26,230 bases of DNA from the UHGV virus genome UHGV-0206901, one strand, 5' to 3'. The notes under the pieces are model-generated. The model was not told where the DNA came from, ran no database searches, and was given only the letters and a program-made list of their open reading frames with translations. The DNA is from a virus. A program made the translations under genes and the position numbers. Below, piece after piece: positions 22,602-26,230 of this stretch (the stretch's first letter is position 1; each line of letters starts with the position of its first letter).

Positions 22602-23855
22602 ATGAGCAAGATCATGGAACTTCGCAGTAAACGTAATACCCTGTGGGAGCAGACAAAGGCATTCCTCGAAAAGCACCGTGGTGAGAACGATCTCGTGGAG
22701 GCATCCGCAGTTGAGCAGTACAACAAAATGGCCGGTGAGGTGCAGGCTCTCGGTGCAGAGATCGAGCGTCTGGAACAGCAGGCAGCCGTGGATGCGGCAC
22801 TTTCCGCACCGACCTCCAAGCCCGTCACCAACGCTCCCGGCGCAAAGAACACGCCGCCCACTAACCCGACCGCAACGGACGAGTACAAGTGTGCGTTCTG
22901 GGATATGATCCGCAACAAGGGCGATCAGCTTGTAGTCCGCAACGCACTCTCTGTCGGTGAGGACACCGAGGGCGGCTACACTGTGCCCGACGAGTTCGAG
23001 CGCCGTCTGATTCAGGCGCTTGAGGAAAACAACATCTTCCGCCAGATGGCAACGGTCATCAAGACCAATTCCGGTACCCGCAAGATCCCGATCGCCAATG
23101 ACACGATGGAAGCACAGTGGATCGATGAGGGTGAGGAGATCCCGGAGACCGATACTCGTTTCGGTCAGACCACGCTCTCCGCATACAAGCTCGGCACAAT
23201 GATCAAGATCAGCAACGAGCTTCTGCACGATTCCGCCTTCGACCTCGCAAGCTATATCGCTGCACGTTTCGGTGTGGCAATGGGCAACGCCGAGGAAAGA
23301 GCGTTCTTCACCGGTGACGGTGACAAGAAGCCCCTCGGTATTCTCGATGAGACCGGCGGCGCTGAGCTTGGTGTCACTGCGGCATCTCAGACTGCGATCA
23401 CTTTCGATGAGATCTTCAACCTCTACTACAGCCTGAAGTCTCCCTACCGCCGCAACGCACAGTTCGTCTGCAACGAGACCATTCTCCTTCAGCTCATGAA
23501 GCTGAAAGACAAGAACGACAACTACCTCTGGAAGCCGAGCCTTGATATCGCAAAGCCGGATACACTTCTCGGCAGACCGATCCGCACCTCTTCCTTCATG
23601 CCCGCAATCGCCAAGGGTGAGCGTGTGCTGCTCTTCGGCGACATGAAGAACTACTGGGTGGCTGACCGTCAGAACCGCACCTTCCGCCGTCTGAATGAGC
23701 TGTATGCCCGCACCGATCAGGTCGGCTTCCTCACCACGCAGCGTGTGGACGGCCGTCTGATCCTGCCGGAATCCGTCAAGGTTCTCAAGATGGCTGGAAC
23801 AAAGGCTACTACGACTGGCGGTAACACCGGCGGCGGTGCAGGCGGCAACGGCTGA
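22602..23855 (+). CDS. Major capsid protein, HK97-like fold with N-terminal delta/scaffold-like coiled coil
   Basis: 417 aa; GGAG 7 nt upstream; coiled-coil-like N-terminus (EVQALGAEIERLEQQAAVDAA); capsid-family-like core; position after the protease. Confidence 0.9.
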   Translation: MSKIMELRSKRNTLWEQTKAFLEKHRGENDLVEASAVEQYNKMAGEVQALGAEIERLEQQAAVDAALSAPTSKPVTNAPGAKNTPPTNPTATDEYKCAFWDMIRNKGDQLVVRNALSVGEDTEGGYTVPDEFERRLIQALEENNIFRQMATVIKTNSGTRKIPIANDTMEAQWIDEGEEIPETDTRFGQTTLSAYKLGTMIKISNELLHDSAFDLASYIAARFGVAMGNAEERAFFTGDGDKKPLGILDETGGAELGVTAASQTAITFDEIFNLYYSLKSPYRRNAQFVCNETILLQLMKLKDKNDNYLWKPSLDIAKPDTLLGRPIRTSSFMPAIAKGERVLLFGDMKNYWVADRQNRTFRRLNELYARTDQVGFLTTQRVDGRLILPESVKVLKMAGTKATTTGGNTGGGAGGNG

Positions 23856-23873
23856 TGAACGGAGGGCAGATAA

Positions 23874-24152
23874 GTGACTCTGATCTCACTGCCTGAAACA
23901 AAAAACTATCTCCGTGTAGATCATTGCGAGGATGACAAGCTCATCCTCACTCTGATCGATACGGCACAGCGGCTCGTGATGGATGTGGGGCGCATGAATG
24001 AAAAGCAGCTCGCGGAAAATGAGGAGACCTCCCGGCAGGCTATGCTGTATACTGTTTCGTACCTCTATGAAAACCGCAATACTGCTGATTATCATGCGCT
24101 GACGCTGACACTCAGGGCACTGTTATTCGCACAGAGGGCGGGCATCGTCTGA
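23874..24152 (+). CDS. Head-tail connector protein (gp6-like)
   Basis: GTG start 7 nt after GGAGGG; 92 aa; N-terminus LPETKNYLRVDHCEDDKLILTLIDTAQ resembles gp6-like connectors. Confidence 0.7.
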   Translation: MTLISLPETKNYLRVDHCEDDKLILTLIDTAQRLVMDVGRMNEKQLAENEETSRQAMLYTVSYLYENRNTADYHALTLTLRALLFAQRAGIV

Positions 24153-24511
24153 TGGAGATCGGAAAACTGAATCAGCGCATCGCCGTCCTTGAAAATCACG
24201 TCAAAAAAGATGCGATCGGCAATCACAAGGCTCAGTGGGAGGAGGTGTTCTCACTCTGGGCATCTGTGACTGTATCCAATAACGGTGCTTCTGAGGAGAC
24301 GGATACCGGCGTGACCAGAGCGATTCAGAAGATTGAGGTCATCATCCGGCAAACTCCGCAGACAAAAAGAATGTCCTCAACGCTTTATCGCATCCGCTTT
24401 GACGGTCTGGACTACGACATCAAAGGCATTGTGCCGAATTACCAGACGCAGGACTATATGAAGCTGATCTGCGAATCCAGAAAGGCAGGTGCGAAGGATG
24501 ACATCTATTGA
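24152..24511 (+). CDS. Head closure / head-tail adaptor protein
   Basis: 119 aa; start overlaps the previous stop (ATGA-type); pattern LNQRIAV...W..V...WASV...IRQ typical of head-tail joining proteins. Confidence 0.7.
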   Translation: MEIGKLNQRIAVLENHVKKDAIGNHKAQWEEVFSLWASVTVSNNGASEETDTGVTRAIQKIEVIIRQTPQTKRMSSTLYRIRFDGLDYDIKGIVPNYQTQDYMKLICESRKAGAKDDIY

Positions 24512-24866
24512 CGATCTGGCATCGGAGGTCATGAAAGGGCTGACGGAATACGCAGAGCTTGCCGATACAGCCATGAAAAAGGCTGTGAAAAAGACAGCGA
24601 CCGCAGTCAAGAACGAAATTTCCGCCAATGCTCCGAAAAAGTCCGGCAGATACAAAAAGAGCTGGGCTACAAAAAAGGTCAAGGAAAACAGCCACAGCCT
24701 TGAAATGACCGTTCACAGCAAGAACCGCTATCAGATCGCACATCTGCTGGAACACGGTCATGCGAAAAGGGGCGGCGGCAGAGTTGCGGCTATCCCGCAT
24801 ATCGCTCCTGCCGAAGCAAACGGTGCAGATATGCTCGAAACGCTCATCAAGAAGGAGTTATCGTGA
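24498..24866 (+). CDS. HK97 gp10-like phage protein (neck / tail-attachment component)
   Basis: ATG at 24498 (GTG alternative at 24489); motifs SGRYKKSW and IAHLLEHGHA...GGRVAAIPH resemble the HK97 gp10 family. Confidence 0.65.
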   Translation: MTSIDDLASEVMKGLTEYAELADTAMKKAVKKTATAVKNEISANAPKKSGRYKKSWATKKVKENSHSLEMTVHSKNRYQIAHLLEHGHAKRGGGRVAAIPHIAPAEANGADMLETLIKKELS

Positions 24867-25180
24867 GCTACGAAGAGATCAATGAGATGATGCAGGAGAT
24901 CGGGCTGCCCTTTGCGTATCATCACTTCGCAGAGGGTGAAAGCCCCGATCCGCCCTTCACATTGTTTCTGTCTCCCGGCGAGGATACCTTTTCCGCAGAT
25001 AATTTCATGTACCACAGCTTCAAAGAGCTGCGCATCGAGCTTTATACGGATGAAAAATCGCCGGATACGGAACAGCGTGTGGAGGAAGTGCTGACACAGC
25101 ACAACATCTATTACACAAAATCTGAGGTATGGATAGAGTCTGAAAAGCTCTACGAAGTCCTCTATATCATGGAGGTATGA
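24863..25180 (+). CDS. Hypothetical protein, probably a tail completion or tail terminator component by position
   Basis: GTG start 5 nt after GAAGGAG; 105 aa; located between the gp10-like gene and the major tail protein. Confidence 0.45.
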   Translation: MSYEEINEMMQEIGLPFAYHHFAEGESPDPPFTLFLSPGEDTFSADNFMYHSFKELRIELYTDEKSPDTEQRVEEVLTQHNIYYTKSEVWIESEKLYEVLYIMEV

Positions 25181-25184
25181 AAAA

Positions 25185-25832
25185 ATGGCACTTCAGAAAA
25201 ACAAAGTCAAGTTCGGTCTGAACAAGGTCCACTACGCGAAGATCACCGCATGGAGCGATGAGGGTGTGCCCACCTTTGCAACTCCGGTGCGCCTGCCTGG
25301 TGCGGTGTCGCTTTCTATCGATGCCAACGGCGAGAACGAGAACTTTTTTGCCGATAACGGCGTGTACTACGTCATCAACAACAATGCTGGCTACGAGGGT
25401 GACCTTGAGGTGGCGCTCATCACCACCGATTTCGCCACTACGATCCTCGGTGAGCAGCTCGACAGCAAGGGTGTTCTTGTGGAGCGTAACGATGCCGAGA
25501 CCTCGCAGTTTGCACTGCTCTTCGAGTTCAACGGCGACAAGAACCACATCCGTCATGTGCTGTACTGCTGCTCGGCATCCCGTCCCTCGACCGAGAGTTC
25601 CACTACGGAGGAGTCCACTGAGGTCAAGACGGAGACTCTCTCGATGAAGGCAACGGCACTTCCTGACGGTCTGGTGAAGTCCAAGACCTGTGAAAGCACC
25701 GACCAGACCACCTATGACAACTGGTATAATGCGGTGTATATCCCGACCGCTGCGACCACAAACAACAGCACCGGCACACGCTCTGCATCTTCCACCAAGA
25801 GCAGCACTGCCGCATCCACTACAACTGACTGA
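25185..25832 (+). CDS. Major tail protein with Ser/Thr-rich C-terminal region
   Basis: 215 aa; position before the tail chaperone; N-terminal two-thirds look like siphovirus major tail proteins; the C-terminal ~85 aa are S/T-rich. Confidence 0.7.
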   Translation: MALQKNKVKFGLNKVHYAKITAWSDEGVPTFATPVRLPGAVSLSIDANGENENFFADNGVYYVINNNAGYEGDLEVALITTDFATTILGEQLDSKGVLVERNDAETSQFALLFEFNGDKNHIRHVLYCCSASRPSTESSTTEESTEVKTETLSMKATALPDGLVKSKTCESTDQTTYDNWYNAVYIPTAATTNNSTGTRSASSTKSSTAASTTTD

Positions 25833-25849
25833 TTCGGAGGGTAAAGAAT

Positions 25850-26230
25850 ATGGCTATCAAGAAAATCATCACTGTTGACGGCATCGAGGTTCCTTTCAAG
25901 GCGAGCGCAACCCTGCCTCGCCTGTACCGCGCCAAGTTCCGCAAGGACATCTTCAAGGATTTCGCCGCACTGAAGGACTCTGTGGACGAGAGCGATGAGC
26001 AGGATTCCGGTCTCGGCATCGAGAGCCTTGAGGTCTTCGAGAATATCGCATGGACGATGGCGAAGCACGCCGATCCGGAGAACGTTCCCGACAGCCCGGA
26101 CGACTGGCTCGAACAGTTCAACTGCTTCTCGATCTATGAGGTGCTGCCGCAGCTTTTCGAGCTGTGGGGCATGAATCTGGAGACACAGGCAGAGTCAAAA
26201 AAAAATCTCGCCCAGTTGACCGCGAGATGA
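25850..26230 (+). CDS. Tail assembly chaperone (G-like), with a slippery site for a probable -1 frameshift
   Basis: 126 aa, acidic; position between the major tail protein and where the tape measure gene is expected; a 9-A run sits 8 codons before the stop. Confidence 0.65.
   Translation: MAIKKIITVDGIEVPFKASATLPRLYRAKFRKDIFKDFAALKDSVDESDEQDSGLGIESLEVFENIAWTMAKHADPENVPDSPDDWLEQFNCFSIYEVLPQLFELWGMNLETQAESKKNLAQLTAR
26197..26203 (+). other. Candidate -1 programmed ribosomal frameshift heptamer A_AAA_AAA
   Basis: In the zero frame the codons are tcA AAA AAA aat (X_XXY_YYZ pattern); the -1 frame stays open to the window end, while the 0 frame stops at 26228-26230. Confidence 0.5.

Overview
This 26.2 kb window reads as one co-directional (all + strand) segment of a tailed phage or prophage with an HK97-type head, probably from a mid/high-GC Firmicutes (Clostridia-like) host, judged from strong GGAGG ribosome-binding sites and sigma-A-like promoters. 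No integrase, att site, tRNA, rRNA or CRISPR array was seen. It falls into three blocks. (1) 360-9487: a tightly coupled operon with a small HTH/zinc-ribbon protein, anaerobic ribonucleotide reductase NrdD and its activase NrdG, and a DNA-modification cluster (ParB-domain/amino-methyltransferase fusion, PAPS-reductase-like PP-loop protein, a second amino-methyltransferase, and a very large cytosine-5 methyltransferase with a long repeat-containing variable region). (2) 9488-17050: an accessory island of about 13 small or medium genes, where eight near-identical promoter-plus-leader cassettes each precede a different cargo gene; cargo includes a putative amidoligase, a degenerate amidoligase paralog with a long acidic insertion, and an AIG2/gamma-glutamyl-cyclotransferase-like protein. 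This amidoligase/cyclotransferase set is my best candidate for a poorly characterised system. (3) 17075-26230: the late module, with small terminase, a large terminase interrupted at its P-loop by an intein carrying a LAGLIDADG homing endonuclease, portal, ClpP-like prohead protease, major capsid protein, head-tail connector proteins, major tail protein, and a tail assembly chaperone with an A-run slippery site near its 3-prime end. All calls rest on motif recognition by eye and the supplied ORF track; no database search was run, so family assignments are hypotheses to be confirmed by HMM or structure searches.
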